A stretch of DNA of 64,000 bases from Nageia nagi (taxonomy: Eukaryota > Plantae > Pinophyta): contig JBITNC010000001.1 in NCBI GenBank assembly GCA_050084985.1, forward strand, positions 79,732,001-79,796,000. The letters are read 5' to 3'. Below the pieces are notes generated by a model. It had not been told where the DNA came from. It searched no databases and was given only the letters and a program-made list of their open reading frames with translations. This document shows, piece after piece, positions 24,660-38,231 of this stretch. Within the stretch, counting starts at the first letter, position 1. Each line of letters starts with the position of its first letter. A program made the position numbers and the translations under genes.

Positions 24660-27600
24660 CCATGTAGGCTTGTAATGTTTCAAATGCTACCCATTTACTG
24701 AAATTGGTAGCTTCCACCCATTTAATTTGGCTATTTCAAAAGCATTTCTTCAAATGCACTTGGCTATGATGTATGGTCCTTACCACAAAGACTCAAACTT
24801 CTTATGCTTTTCAAGTTTGGCTCTATCTTCATCCCATTTTAAAACAAGATCTCTTTCTTTGAAGGTGTCCAAAGATGTTTTTTGGGTATCAAACTACCTC
24901 TTTAGAATTTCATTTCTCTTTTGCAAATCTTGATATGACTTATTTAGGGATTCTTCTAGATGCAATAGTTCATTCATCTATACTTGAAGTGGTTCAAATC
25001 CTTCACCATATTCTTAAAGTATTGTTAAAATAAAGAGCTCTATATGCTTGGAGCAAAGCCCTTTTTCTGTATACCAACTCATATGGACTGGTCTTCATAG
25101 TCAACTTTATAATGATCCTATCTACCCATAATGCCTAATTTAGCTTCTCATGCCAAGTTCAAATATTATTCTCTACAGTTCCCTTAAGGATTCTTAACAA
25201 ATTCTTATTTATCGATTTAGCCATCCCATTACCTTATGGATAGTAGTTTGAGGAAGTCTTCCAATAGATCCGTATCTCATAGCAAAATATAATATCTATT
25301 CCTAAAAATGCCAAACCATTATCAAAAATGATTTTTTAGAAATTCCATACCTGATGATCAAGTTTTCAATGAATTTTAGAATAATTTTTTGATTTGTCTC
25401 TTTCATAACTTCCACTTCTACCCATCTGGTGAAATAATATGTGGTGGTAAGAATGAATTTATGCTCAGTTGAGGAATTTAGATTAATAATTCCATTAAAT
25501 TCTAATCCCCACTATTGAAAAGGTTCTTTTTCTTGAATTGGTTCTAATGGTAAAGCTACCTTACTCTTTCTCCTACAAACCTCTGACATTTCTCAAAACT
25601 TTGAGCCTTTGTAAAAGCATCTTTAAACATAGTGGGCCAGTAATAACCTACTTGAATTAGTTTACCCATCATTGTATAACTATAATAATGACCTTCAAAT
25701 ACCCTGTAATGAAATTCTTCAATCAATTTCGCTATCTTGAATGAAGGTATACACCTTAGCAATATTTCATCATGATTTCTTTTATAAAGCACTTGGTCAA
25801 TTTTTGTGTAATTTTGAGTATGAATTTTAAATCTTCTTCTTTGTGATATGTTCAAATGCATGGGAGTTTACCAAATTCAAAATACTTATTTAATTTTCCC
25901 ATCAGCCATTTTCCTCCATACCTAGTTCCTTATCCAAAATTACTTGTTTATGAAATACACTATCTTTTTCTTCTACAACATCTCTAGCTAATTGCTCACA
26001 AAGGGCCTTTCTTTTTATGACTTTAGTAGGTTTGATCTCCACATCATATCTTAAAATTTTAGAAATCCAACTATGTCTTCCTTCCACAATTTCTCCTTGC
26101 ATTATATAAGATCTAACATCTAGATGTATAGTTAAGACCAGGACTTTGCTCTGAGCTATATAATGTTTCAACTTTTCCAAAGACTTTAGTATTGTTAGGA
26201 TCTATTTTTTCATAAAAGTGTACTCCTCATATTTATTCATAGTTTGAATGAAAAAAGTAATAGGATATTCTTTATTCCTTTTTGAATTTCTATGTTAGGA
26301 TAGTTGCAATGCTTGAATTAGAGCCATATGCATACAAAATGAATTCTTTGTCTAAAATATGGGTTCCTTAAGACAAGCACCTTAGTTATTTCCAACTTGA
26401 TTCTTTGAAATGCTTCTTTTCCTTCTTTAATCCATTCAAACATAGCATTTTTTTAACATGAGAGTAACAGGATTAACAATGCTTGAAAAATTCTAAATGA
26501 ATCTTCTTACAAAGTTAATCTATCTTAGAAAAGATTGTAAAGCCTTTTTGTTTGAAGGAAGAGATAATTTGTTTATTACCTCTACCCTATGTAGATCAAT
26601 AGCCCAACCTTCTTTTGAAATAACATGTCCAAGAATCTTTCCCTCATCTACTGCAAAAATAGACTTCTTTGGATTTAAATAAATTCCATACCTTTTGCAT
26701 TTGATAAAATCCTACTCTAGATGCCATAGATGGGAACTCCTATCATGAAAGAAAATAGTGATATCATCCAAGTATACTAGCACATTTTTATATATCAATT
26801 CTCCAAAAGCGTAGTCTATAGCTCTTTGGAAGGTTGCTCCTACATTTGATAATCCAAAAGGCATTCTTTAAAAAGAAAATGTTCCCCATTTGGTTGTAAA
26901 AGCCATTTTGAATTGATCTTCATTTTTTACCCAAACTTGATTATACCCAGAAAAACCATCTAGTAATGAGAATCTTTCTACTCCAACCATAGTATTTAAT
27001 ATTTGTTCCATAAGTAGTAGAGGATAATGATATTTAAATGAAACTCTATTTAAACCTTTGAAGTCCACACATAATGGAATCTCCCCATTCTTCTTTCTAA
27101 TTGGGACTAAATTTGCCACCTATATAAATATTTTAATAGGATATATGATACCAACTTTATACAGCTTCAGAACTTCTTATTTCATTACCACTTCAATCTT
27201 AGGGTTTACTAGCCTTTGCTTCTATTTGATCAGCTTAGCATATTCATCCAATTCTATCATATGTTGAATTACAAATTTATTAAAAACCTTTAAATCATCA
27301 TAATACGAAGCAATTATATCAGCATAAACTTTGATAACTAAATAATCTCTTTGATTTGATCAGGTTTGTTGTATATGCCAATTTTTAAAGATTTTTTGGG
27401 AAAATTTCATACTCCTTATAGTTATCATGGTTTATAATTATACCCTTTCCTCTTACCTAATCATTTCTATCAATAACCCTTCAAATGGAATCAGATCTTA
27501 GGAATTATATTGTTATTCAATTGGATTATATCTTGTTCCTAGAATATATCAGCATCTTATTCTCCTACCACATGACACATAGATTGCTATAACAAAAATT

Positions 27601-28184
27601 GATTGATTTGGGCCTCATCTCTAAAGACTTGCCAAAAAAATTCATTATCTAGAATGGAAGGACTAAAGATAAGTTGAACCCCATTTTTTCAGAACCAATC
27701 ATTAGTGGGATCAAAACTAGCTCCCATTTGAGCCAGTGCATTTACCTCTTGATTCAACCTCCTTGGAATGAATTGTATATGTAAAGCTTCAAAATTTTTA
27801 AATAGATCTCAAACTCATTTATATAAGACTTTAAATAGTGATATTTAAAGAGCACTTGCTTGTGACTTGGTTTACAATTAACTTTGAGTCTCCTTTAATT
27901 TTCAAACACCAAATTTGCATTTTAATAGCTTACTCTAGGCTAAGGCAAAGGGCTTCATACTAAGTTGCATTATTAGTGAACATCCATGTGAGCCTATATG
28001 AGAATTTATGAATTTTTCCCATTGGATCAATCAGGACAATCCTAGTACCTAACCCATTTTGAGATCTATCTCCATCAAAGAACATTTCCTAGACTTCACC
28101 TTTGCTGAATTTTTCACTAGTGAGCTTTGAAATGAAAGGCTTTGGTTCCATTAAACAATAATTCCCAAATTCCATGTCATAAAT
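24660..28184 (-). pseudogene. Tat pol remnant, 3' part: extra RNase H (aRH), RT, RNase H, integrase
   Basis: aRH: MFFDG.RSQNGLG, TNNAT*YEAL, KGDSKLIVNQV, FIPRRLNQEVNALA (~28085-27730). RT: NLVPIRKKNGEIPLCVDF, LDGFSGYNQV, YLDDI (~26775). INT: GYYWPTMFKDA...CQRF, GPY motif ~24780. Confidence 0.92.
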
Positions 28185-29252
28185 TGATCTAAAATTTGGA
28201 TCCCTTCAACATTCAGTAATCTCCATTTAAATGTGTTCAGTGTGATCCCTTATCTTTAGCTTTTTGATGCTTCTTTTGGATCGAGAATTCGAGTCTGTAT
28301 GTGGAAGTTATGGAATTAAGTCCAGTTTGTGTATATTTGAAAAAAAAAAATCAAATATGGCAGGACCCACCTGCCATCATGGAGGCCACACAGGAGGAGG
28401 AGGTTAATAGGGTGCCCGTGCGATAGCCTGACCATGTGGAGGCCCAAGTGGAGGAGTTGACTATTTGACTACCCATGTGAGCCAGAATGTCACCGCAATA
28501 GCCCATCTTCCCACACGGACCATGAGCAACCTAACCAAGCCGCCTACATGTATAGCCAAGCCGTTTGACCATTTGACCACCTGACCACTTGCCACATGTC
28601 AGTACCATAGCACACCCACCTAATTTTAAATTTGTTAACATACTTTGGCATTTTTCTAAGGTTTTTGGTATTTTTGATTCGCCTAAGGTCCTATTTTTGG
28701 GCTGATTAATCTTGTAGCCTGAAAATAGTCTAGAGAGCATGTTTTTCAATTTTAGAGCTCATTTTTAGGATATTTTTGCAACCATTTGAGCCCAAATTTG
28801 ATAGGAATATCAAGGAGGTTAATGGGTATCTAAAAATGTATTTTTTACCTAATTTTCTAGTTGTAATTCTCTCCATTTTAGCTCCAAAAATTGTATAAAA
28901 GGGGAGCAAATTGTACAGGAAAAAAAAAGAAGGGTTTGAGAAGTGTTTTCAGTTTTGTTGTGATTTTAGAGCTGGGAGTGTGTTGTGAATGGAGATGAGA
29001 TTTTGAAGGACCATTGGAGGCCTTGTAAAGTGATTCCATCCATTGATAGTAGAGAGCTTTTGAGCTAGATGTAGCCCACATTGGGTGAACTAGGATAAAT
29101 TTTGCTTGTCTCTTCTATGGTGAATGCTTTTCTCTTCTTGTGTTTACAAGTTTATTCTTGATTTTTCTTTACAAGCACTTAATTTTTTTAAGTGTGAATT
29201 GATTCATTGGAAGAGGTTAAATTGAAATTTTTAATTTATAGTTTATGGATCA
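28185..29252 (+). repeat. 5' LTR of nested gypsy
   Basis: tgatctaaaatttggatccc...gtttatggatca; colinear with 33168-34233. TATA-like tataaaa near 28894. Confidence 0.95.
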
Positions 29253-29256
29253 AGTT

Positions 29257-29268
29257 TGGTATCAGAGC
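29257..29268 (+). promoter_or_regulatory. Primer-binding site, tRNA-iMet
   Basis: TGGTATCAGAGC, 4 nt after the 5' LTR end. Confidence 0.95.
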
Positions 29269-29436
29269 AAGTTGAAATCATTGGGATAACCTATCTTTTT
29301 GAGATTGTTGTTGGTGTTTGAAAAGTGTTCTTGCATGTATACCAGGTCACAAAGCAAGAAAGGAGAAGGAGAATTTTGGAGGAGGATCCAAAAATTGTTC
29401 TAGAGTCTGGCTAAAGAAGAAAGAGAGCTTGGAGCC

Positions 29437-32400
29437 ATGGACAATGAAGGAGGGTCTAATGTGGAGAAGCAAATTGCTAATCTTGCCACAATGTTCCAGA
29501 AAATGTCTCTACAATTCCAACATTTTCAAGAACAACAATACAAGAAAAATGAAGGTGAAACTAGTGAATGTAATAAAATTGACAATGATGTTACACATAG
29601 TGTTTTTCAAAGTTCTCCTTTGAAATTGGAAGTTAAATTTGATTTGCCTACTTTTATTGGAGAAGTGAATGCTGAGAAATTAGACCATTGGATTAAAAAA
29701 ATTGAAGTATATTATAGAGTTCAAAGAATTGTAAGAGATGAGGATAAAATCCAATTAGCAACTCTTAAAATGAGTGGTAATGCACTTGTTTGGTGGGAAA
29801 GTTATTTACAAAGTAAGAATGAATCTATTCAAGCTTGTATTGCTTCTTGAACTCATTTTGTACAATTGCTTAGAAATCAATTTTATCCTTTGGGTTATCA
29901 GCAAAAGGCAATCATGGAATGGCAAACTTTTCATCAAGACAAAGGGCAAAGTGTGCAAGAGTACACTACAGAATTATAAAGAAGAACTACAATGTTAGGT
30001 ATTCCTCTTGATTTCTAAGATACTCTTCTTAAGTATATTGGTGGTTTGCACAATTATTTAAGGCATACAATATTGATGTTTGATCCAAATGATTTGGATA
30101 AATTTTGTGTACAAGCTACTCACTTAGAAGAAAGGGAAAAATATGTTAAGGATGGGAAAAAGAACAATGGTTCCAATAACAATAGTAATAATGATTTGAA
30201 AGGAATAAAGGAAAGGGAAAAAAGAAAACTATGTCTACTACACAAAAAGAGAAGTCTAAAGATGTATGTGCACATTGTCAAAAAGAAGGTCATTTAGAGG
30301 CTAAATGTTGGAAAATTGCATCCTAATTATGCCTTAAACCTAAAGGTCAAAAGAAACAAACAAATATTGTTACTAAGGAAATTGAGGATGGTTCAGATGT
30401 AGATGATAAAATGGCATGTATGGTTTTGCATAATACACCTAATGAAGATGAGGAAAAGAAGAAAATTGAACTTTTTCACATCAAGGTGCAAGCTAAGAAG
30501 ACTAGGATTGATACATTGTTTGATTCTGGATCTCAAGCTAACTTAATTGTAGAAAAGTATGTCAAATCACTTGCACTCACTACTCAACCTCATACAAACC
30601 ATATCCATTGGGATGGGTTAATAAAAATTCAAAGTTAAAGGTAACATAATGCAAGTTGCAATTTGGGATTAACAGGGATTACATTGATGAAGTTTTACTT
30701 GATGTTGTTCCTTTGGATATTCGTGGGATTGTGCTTGGTAGTCCTTATCTATGGGAAAGAGATGCTTTATTTTATAGAAAGGAAAACAAATATAGACTCA
30801 TTAAAGATGGAATTGAATACATGGTTAATGGTTATCAAAGCAAGAAAAAGGATATTACTTTGATTACTGTAGGACAAGCAAAGAAACTAATCAATACAGG
30901 ACAAATGTTTATACTTGCAATGGTGAAATCTCAAGATGAAGTGAAAATCATAAAGGCACTTGAAGATTGTGAACCATAATACAAAGAAGAAGTAAAAGAG
31001 GTAATTTCTGAATTTGAAGATTTATTTCAAGTACCTAAAGAACTTCCACCTAAAAGAGATATACAACATGAGATTCAATTACATCCTGATGTTGCACTTT
31101 CTAATATTGGCTTATATAGAAATTCTACTTTGGAAATTGAAGAAATTAAGAAACAAGTCAAGGAATTGTTAGATCAAGGAGTCATTAGACCTAGCACATC
31201 ACCATGTGGATCTCCTATTGTTATAATTCCAAAGAAAGATGGAACTTGGCATATGTGTGTTGATTATAGGGCACTAAATAAGATCACGATTAAAAATCGA
31301 TATCCTTTGCCATGTATTGATGATTTAATGGATCAATTACAAAAAGCTAGGCTTTTCACAAAATTAGATCTAAGAATTGGTTATCATCAAATACGAGTTA
31401 AAGAAGAGGATGTGTGGAAAATAGCTTTTAAAACTAGGCAAGGATTGTTTGAATGGTTGGTTTTACCATTTGGATTATGCAATGCTCCTGCTACTTTCAT
31501 GCATGTAATGAATGAGGTTTTAAGACCTTTCATTGATGATTTTGTTATTGTGTACCTTGTTGATATTCTCATTTATAGTGATAATTGGAAAGATCATGTG
31601 GTGCATATTCGTAAAGTGTTTAAAGTTTTAAGGGAAGCAAAACTCTATTTGAAAATGTCTAAGTGTGAGTTTGTCAGGAAGAGTTTAATCTATCTTGGCC
31701 ACATTGTAGGTGAAGGTCAATTGAGGATAGATCCTGCAAAAATTGAAGTTGTGTTGAAATGGCCTACTCCCACTAATGTGACAAAGACTAGGATTTTTCT
31801 TGGGGTAGTACAGTATTTACGCAAGTTTAATGCTAACTGTTCTTACATGGCTTCTCCACTTCATGCAATTACAGGAAAGAGTCATGGATTTCAGTGGGAA
31901 GGGAAAGAACAACATGCTTTTGACTTGCTTAAAAAGAAAATCAGTAATGCTCCAGTACTTGCTTTGCCTAATCTTCAAAAACCTTTTGAAATTGAAACTG
32001 ATGCTAGTGACTATGCTATGGGTGTAGTTTTATTGCAAGAAAAACATCCGATTTGCTATCACTCAGAAATGTTTACCGATGCGGTAAGAAACTATCCCAC
32101 ATATGACAAAGAGTTGTATGCATTAGTTCAAAGTGTTAAGAAATGGAAGCACTATTTGGTAGGTAAAGAGACAATAATTCATACAGACCATCAACCCTTG
32201 CAATATCTTCAATCACAATCTAAGTTGCAACAATCTAGGCACTTTCGTTGGATGGGATTTTTGCAACAATTTCATTTGGTGATTAAGTACAAGAATGGTA
32301 CTCAAAATAAAATTGTTGATATGTTGTCTAGGCCTCCAATAGTTGCTAGTGTTGTGATTCTACAAAATAGTTCTTTAATGCATGACGGGTATAAAGAACA

Positions 32401-33127
32401 ATATGTGGTTGATCCTGATTTCCAAAATGTCTATCATAGATTGAGTCTCGGTAATGAGGTTGGAAATCATGACTTTAATTTACATGATGGATTACTTTTT
32501 CATTTGGGCAAACTTTGTATTCCTAATGGTGAGAGGAATGATTTGATTAGGGAAGCTCATACTTCTCGAATTTTAGGGCAATTTGGTGTTGAGAAAACTC
32601 TTGCTAATCTACAAAGGTATTGTTACTGGCCTAAAATGCAAGAAAATGTATCCAAGTATAAGGAGAGGCATGATCATCATCAGGTAAATCATAAATTTTA
32701 GGTTGGGGATCATGTATGGCTTCCTCTCAGCAAGGAGAGACAGCATAGTAAGAGAAGGAAGTTGAAACCAATAAGGTATGGTCCATTTACCATTATTGAT
32801 CAAGTTGGGGATAATGCATTTTGGTTAGACTTACCATCTTATATGCAAATGTATTTTGTTATTCATGTTGAGAACTTGAAGTTGTATGAACCAACCTTAG
32901 TTGCAAAAGATATAGAGGTTATGTTACCATCAGTTGAGGATTTAGCCCTTGAGCACATTAATGTGTTGGTTGAGGATGTAGTATTGGAAAAGAAATAATG
33001 ATCATCTCATAGTGGCATACATGAGGTGTGGCATATTGGAGTGAAGGGCCAACATCCACACCAAGCCAAGTGGTATGTAGTTGATCGGGTGAGGGAGCTC
33101 TACCCCCACCTCATTCCATCATCCTAA
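29437..33127 (+). pseudogene. gag-pol remnant of nested gypsy (gag, protease, RT, RNase H, truncated integrase, chromodomain-like tail)
   Basis: Gag KFDLPTF.GEVNAEKLDHW...ALVWW; protease LFDSGSQ; RT-RH ORF 31130-32701 (CVDYRALN, YLVDIL, ETDASDY, YDKELYALV, TDHQPL); GPF motif in ORF 32762-32998; several stops. Confidence 0.93.
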
Positions 33128-33158
33128 ATGCTTTTAGGGATAAAAGCTCTCTCTTAAT

Positions 33159-33167
33159 GGGGAGGAA
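33159..33167 (+). promoter_or_regulatory. Polypurine tract
   Basis: ggggaggaa immediately before the TG of the 3' LTR. Confidence 0.85.
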
Positions 33168-34233
33168 TGATCCAAAATTTGGATCCTTTCAACATTCAGT
33201 AATCTCTATTTTAGTGTGTTTCAGTGTGATCACCTTATCTTTAGCTTTTCGACACTTCTTTCAATCAAGAATCTGAGTTCGTATGTGGAAGTTATGGAAT
33301 TAAGTCCAGTTTGTGTATATTTGAAAAAAAAAAATCAAATATGGCAGGAGCCACCCTGCCACCGTGGAGGCCACGTAGGAGGAGGAGGCTAACAGGTGCT
33401 TGTGTGATAGCCCAACCATGTGGAGGCCTACATGGAGGAGTTGACTATTTGACCACCCACATGAACCAGAACATCGCTACGATAGCCCGTTCCCCGCACA
33501 CGATCGTGCGCAACCCAGCCAAGCCGCTTGCATGTACAGCCAAGTCGATTTGACCTTTGACCACCTACCATGTGTCAGCACCATAGTGCACCTGCCTAAT
33601 TTTAAATTTGTTAACGTATTTTGGCATTTTTCTAAGGTTTTTGGTGATTTTTGATTCACCTAAGGTCCTATTTTTGGGTTGATTAATCTGTAAGCCTAAA
33701 AATAGTCTAGAGAGCATGTTTTTCAGTTTTAGAGCTTATTTTTGGGAGATTTTTACAACCATTTGAGCCCAAATTTGATAAGAAGATCAAGAAGGTTAAT
33801 GGGTATCTAAAAATGTGTTTTTTTACCTAATTTCTAGTTGTAATTCTCTCCAGTTTTAGCTCCAAAAATTGTATAAAAGGGGAGCAAATTGTATAGGAAA
33901 AAAAAGAAGGATTTTGAGAAGTGTTTTCAGTTTTGTTGTGATTTTCAGAGCTGGGAGTGTGTTGTGAATGTGAGAGGAGGTTTTGAAGGACCATTGGAGG
34001 CCTTGTAAAGTGATTCCACCCATTATAGTAGAGAGATTTTGAGCTAGATGTAGCCCACATTAGGTGAACCAGGATAAATTTTGCTTGTCTCTTCTATGGT
34101 GAATGCTTTTCTCTTCTCTGTGTTTACAAGTTTATTCTTGATTTTCCTTTACAAGCACTTAATTGTTTTAAGTGTGAATTGATTCATTTGAAGAGGTTAA
34201 ATTGAAATTTTTAATCTTATAGTTTATGGATCA
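33168..34233 (+). repeat. 3' LTR of nested gypsy
   Basis: tgatccaaaatttggatcc...gtttatggatca followed by the TSD taaat. Confidence 0.95.
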
Positions 34234-36470
34234 TAAATGGTGCTAGGCATATTCATAGACATGGGATCTTCAATTTGCAATTCTTTTAATAACTGATCAC
34301 TCTCTTCTAACTCACTTAGGGTTGCATTAACCTCATCTTTCTTTTCTACATGAACATTGGAAATTTTTTCATTATCCAACCTTACTCTCTTATCTCCACA
34401 AGGAATTAAATAATGAGTGTAATCAATGCTAAATAACCCCCTATTTTTGTGTAAACTCCTTGGATAGACATAACCCAAACACAAGAGGAAGTTCAACTAC
34501 TACAATTTTCTGAGTGATGATCATAGAAGGACACTTATGCATCTTTAGAACTATATCTTTGATAAGCTTAACAATCTTAACTGGGGTGGAGTCTAGCTGC
34601 AACACTCTTTGGATGTTCTAGTAAGAGGTAGCCCCATTACATCACATACTATTTTAGGCATGACGACAGTGGCTACTTTAGAATCGACTAAACAATTATG
34701 TAGCACATACCCATCAACCTCTAAAGTCATATAAAAAGTTGGTGGTTTATTTTTTCCTATTCTCAGATATTTGGATGTCTCAAACAAGTTCAACACCCTA
34801 TCCATTCCTTCATTTAATGCTATAAGGTTTGTTCTTAATAAATCAATTTGCCTAAGGATTTTTAAGGCATCAAATAAAGATATCTTTGAAGGGGTTCTCT
34901 TTAATTCTTCTAAATATTGAAATCATGAGCAATTAGAGGCTTACCATCTTTGTCAGCAAACCTCTACTAAAACTATTGAGTGTCATCCCTCCTCTGATGC
35001 TTGGTGACCAAGGAAAACCTTAACTTTCAAATCATCTAATCACTGACTTCATCAAATTTAGGCATCTGTTTAACTTTCAAAATTGGAAATTTATGAGATG
35101 TAACTTTTTTTGGGAGTATCTTATTTGTAAAATTGGGAGCTATATCGGGCTTCTTAGAGGCCACTAAATCATGACCTTTTGGAGGTTCAGCTCTTTTATC
35201 TGGTAGATTTGATACATGAGGCCTTTTGTAGACCTTGTTTCTATGGCAAAAATACCTACATCAGTTGGGGCAAAATTCATCAAATTTACATTTTGACTTA
35301 TATCATTAGTACACCGGGTGGAGGAATTCTTATGCTTTTGGATAAATACTCTTGATATTGATATATAGGGAAAGAATTTTGTTCATGAGCATCATTGCAA
35401 GCTAAACATAAGCTTACCAGCTATCCAAAAGAAGAAGCTTGATCTATATTCTCTACTAGCACATGTTGATTTTGAGCTTTTTATACAGTTAGATATGGGA
35501 ATCTCCTGGCATTATTTTATCTACTCAAGAGGGTAATTTGGTTTGCCATGTTCCTACACAAAGATTTCAATTCTTTTATCTCATTTTGTGAGGGAGCTAC
35601 TTGATTTAGTCCAAATTGATGTGGGGCTGGTAAAGCCAAAGGTGTTCTTGGGGTAGGCAAGGCTAATAGAAACTATTGAATTGATGCAAGAAGACTAGCC
35701 AGAGGTAGGGCCATACAAATTGCTAAGGGTCTTATTACTTGGTTTTACAGTAACATTGGAAAGTATGGCATTGGCATGCGGCTAGGTAGTTTTCCTATTG
35801 AAATGAGATAAACTTCAACAAACATTGCTTATCTATAGACTTCCAGAAAAGTGGTTACCCTAAAATTTTGAATTTGTAAAGAGAGATATGGGGGAAAGGC
35901 TCTTAAATAATACATCAAAGCTTGAGATTGTTGGGACCTAACTGATACTGGAACTCTTTCCCAAATTTTTGGAATCTAATATAAAGTCTAGAATATTCTC
36001 CTATTCATATCTTTTGATAGAAGTGAGTTGAGTTAGTAAGGAGAAAGGGTCTCCTACATTAAATTCCAAGATGAAGGGCTCTGCCAACTGATCCCAGGAA
36101 GTTATAGATCCACTAGCAAGGATTTTATACCAATCAAGGACCTTGCCCTTGAATGATTATGCTAGCATTCTTACCATACATCTTCATGTGAATATTATGG
36201 AACTTAGCCAAACTGGCAACATCCACACAATGTTCATAGGCTATTTTCTCTATGGTGACATCAAACTCAGGTAGAGTTTTAAAAACATTTCCTAGGATAT
36301 CATGCAATGTAGCTAGAGCCAAAGGTACCCCATCATCCCATGCAGGATAGATATTTGAAGCAGGATTAGCCATTTTAGAAGAAGCAATCCTAGTATGAAG
36401 GTTGAATGGTACTAGTTTGAATGGAGATTCTAAAGTTTTGATACTACCCAAAGATCTAGATTTGATCATG
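34234..36470 (-). pseudogene. Tat gag and aspartic protease remnant (5' part of the polyprotein)
   Basis: ORF 36134-36469 (LPEFD, gag-like) and ORF 34593-34805 PPTFYMTLEVDGYVLHNCLVDSKVATVVMP (protease DS[G] site). Confidence 0.85.
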
Positions 36471-36664
36471 GTCTTTCTTTTAGAAGTACCAAGTTCTTTA
36501 AAATTGGGACCTCTTTAGCTGCTTTGCGTTTTGATATTGTCCACATAAACTCTAGTACAACTAAAAGAATCTAGGTTCAAGAAGTAGCAATAATAACTAT
36601 AAAATTTGCTTTGATACATACCATCAATATTGATTCTAGCAGAGTTTCCAATAAAATATTTCAT

Positions 36665-36682
36665 GTCCCATCGAGCATGCCA
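36665..36682 (-). promoter_or_regulatory. Primer-binding site, tRNA-Arg type
   Basis: Minus strand TGGCATGCTCGATGGGAC differs from TGGCACGCCCGGTGGGAC (complement of a plant tRNA-Arg 3' end, recalled from memory) by three transitions. It lies 13 nt from the LTR end. Confidence 0.75.
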
Positions 36683-36695
36683 AAAAAGAATATAT

Positions 36696-38231
36696 TGTTG
36701 ATGATAATTTCAACCAAAGTATATCATGAATAGGCTAACATAGTAACTTGATATTGGGAGTAGGTTGGTTCCTTATCTATTGGGCATAGATGAAAAGAAC
36801 AAGTAACAAGAAAGAAACAAAAGAGGATAGAGTGCAAGAAATAAATAAAGCAAGAAGGATAGGGAGCAAGAGAAAAAGTAAGGGGTAGATCATAGTTCAG
36901 GGTAGGCTTTCACAGAATGTGAAACCTTGGCAAGAATCTAGTGTAGCAACCATAGTGTAAGCTTTCATTCTCTAAATTATTCTTCAACTTAACTTTACCA
37001 TATAAGCAGACATAGTTATACCAACAACTCATTGTTATCATTCAAGAAATATCTGTTACTTGCCACAATACAACCAGATTAAGAATAACAACAACAAGTG
37101 TTGGACAAGAAAGGTCAAGATGGCATTGTATTATTGATAGAACAAAAGGTCTTTGAAAACAAATACAAGGGGTAATACTAGGGATTCTAACCTTTTTTGC
37201 TTTATCTTCAACTAAATTTACACTAGGCTAGAGTGGTTTAGAATGACTAAAACAAAAAAGTTACAAAATGGCCCAAAGATTCTAGCCCTCTTTCAATAAT
37301 TAGCTAACTACCTCTACCACATGGCATTTTATTTCTAAAAATTAAAAGATCGAGAACTGTAACTACCTCCAAATTATGATGAGCATTCTTCTTGAGTGTT
37401 ATTTGGACCTGTATTACATTTTCAAAATATTCTCTAACTAATTATGATGATTTTAGAGTCTTTCCATCTTCTAGTGATTATTCTAGAAACTTCTCGATTT
37501 TTTGCTCATGTTTTCGAAGTTCTTTGGTGAAGTTTTGCTTGGGTAGAGATTTCTTTTGTTAATATGACATCATCAATCTCTACACTTTGATCTTGAAGGC
37601 TTTTATTTTCTACTGATGTCACTTTATTCCTACACCTTTGCTTGGTAAAGCAAGTAACTTTAGGGGATTTTAGTTTTGTTTATGATTTCATCCTCCTTTG
37701 AATCCGTTCTTTTCACCAAAGTGGGTTTCACTTTACTTAGCTGATGTCATCTCCCTCTCATTCCCCAAGACACATAACTTAGCCATTGCAAAAAGTTTTA
37801 GTATTACTCATTGACATCACTACTCCCAAAGTTCGATTTTAGATGAAAATAATACTCGCCTATACTCTGTTGACATCACATCCAAATATTGCTATACTTA
37901 GTGCATTTCCTCATCATAACTATCTGGGTTTACTTTGCTCATGTCATCTCCTTTCATGCCCTAGCACACATAACTCAGCTATTGCAGAAAATTTTAGCAT
38001 TACCCACTGACATCACTACTTTCAGAGTTCAATTTGAGATGAAAATAATATTCACCTATACTCCACTAACATCACATCCGAAGATTGCTATACTTAGTGC
38101 ATTTTCTCATCAAAACTATTTGAAATTTATGGAATAGTTAGGAGGAGTTTGTTAAAACACACTTCTTTAGACAAATAAGAATAATACACAACAGGAAACC
38201 ACTAGAGTGTTGGGCTATGTATGCATATACA
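36696..38231 (-). repeat. 5' LTR of the Tat element
   Basis: tgttgatg...atataca; matches 19140-20662, including the 197-bp duplication (units at 37743 and 37940). Confidence 0.9.

Larger units (their letters stand above)
28185..34233 (+). mobile_element. Nested Ty3/gypsy LTR retrotransposon (chromovirus-like) with integrase core deleted
   Basis: TG...CA LTRs 28185-29252 and 33168-34233. Perfect 5-bp TSD TAAAT (28180-28184 and 34234-34238). PBS and PPT present. Confidence 0.96.
19140..38231 (-). mobile_element. Tat-clade Ty3/gypsy LTR retrotransposon (TatII-like domain order), hosting a nested gypsy element
   Basis: Paired ~1.5-kb LTRs (19140-20662 and 36696-38231), a tRNA-Arg-type PBS, and minus-strand gag-PR-aRH-RT-RH-INT plus an extra ORF. 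The reading frame (PSTIY|DMEFGNY) rejoins across the 28185-34233 insertion. Confidence 0.9.

Noticed and set aside
31130-32701. 523-aa ORF as a functional pol gene
   Set aside because: The RT active site reads YLVD instead of YLDD, there are upstream stops, and the integrase core is deleted.
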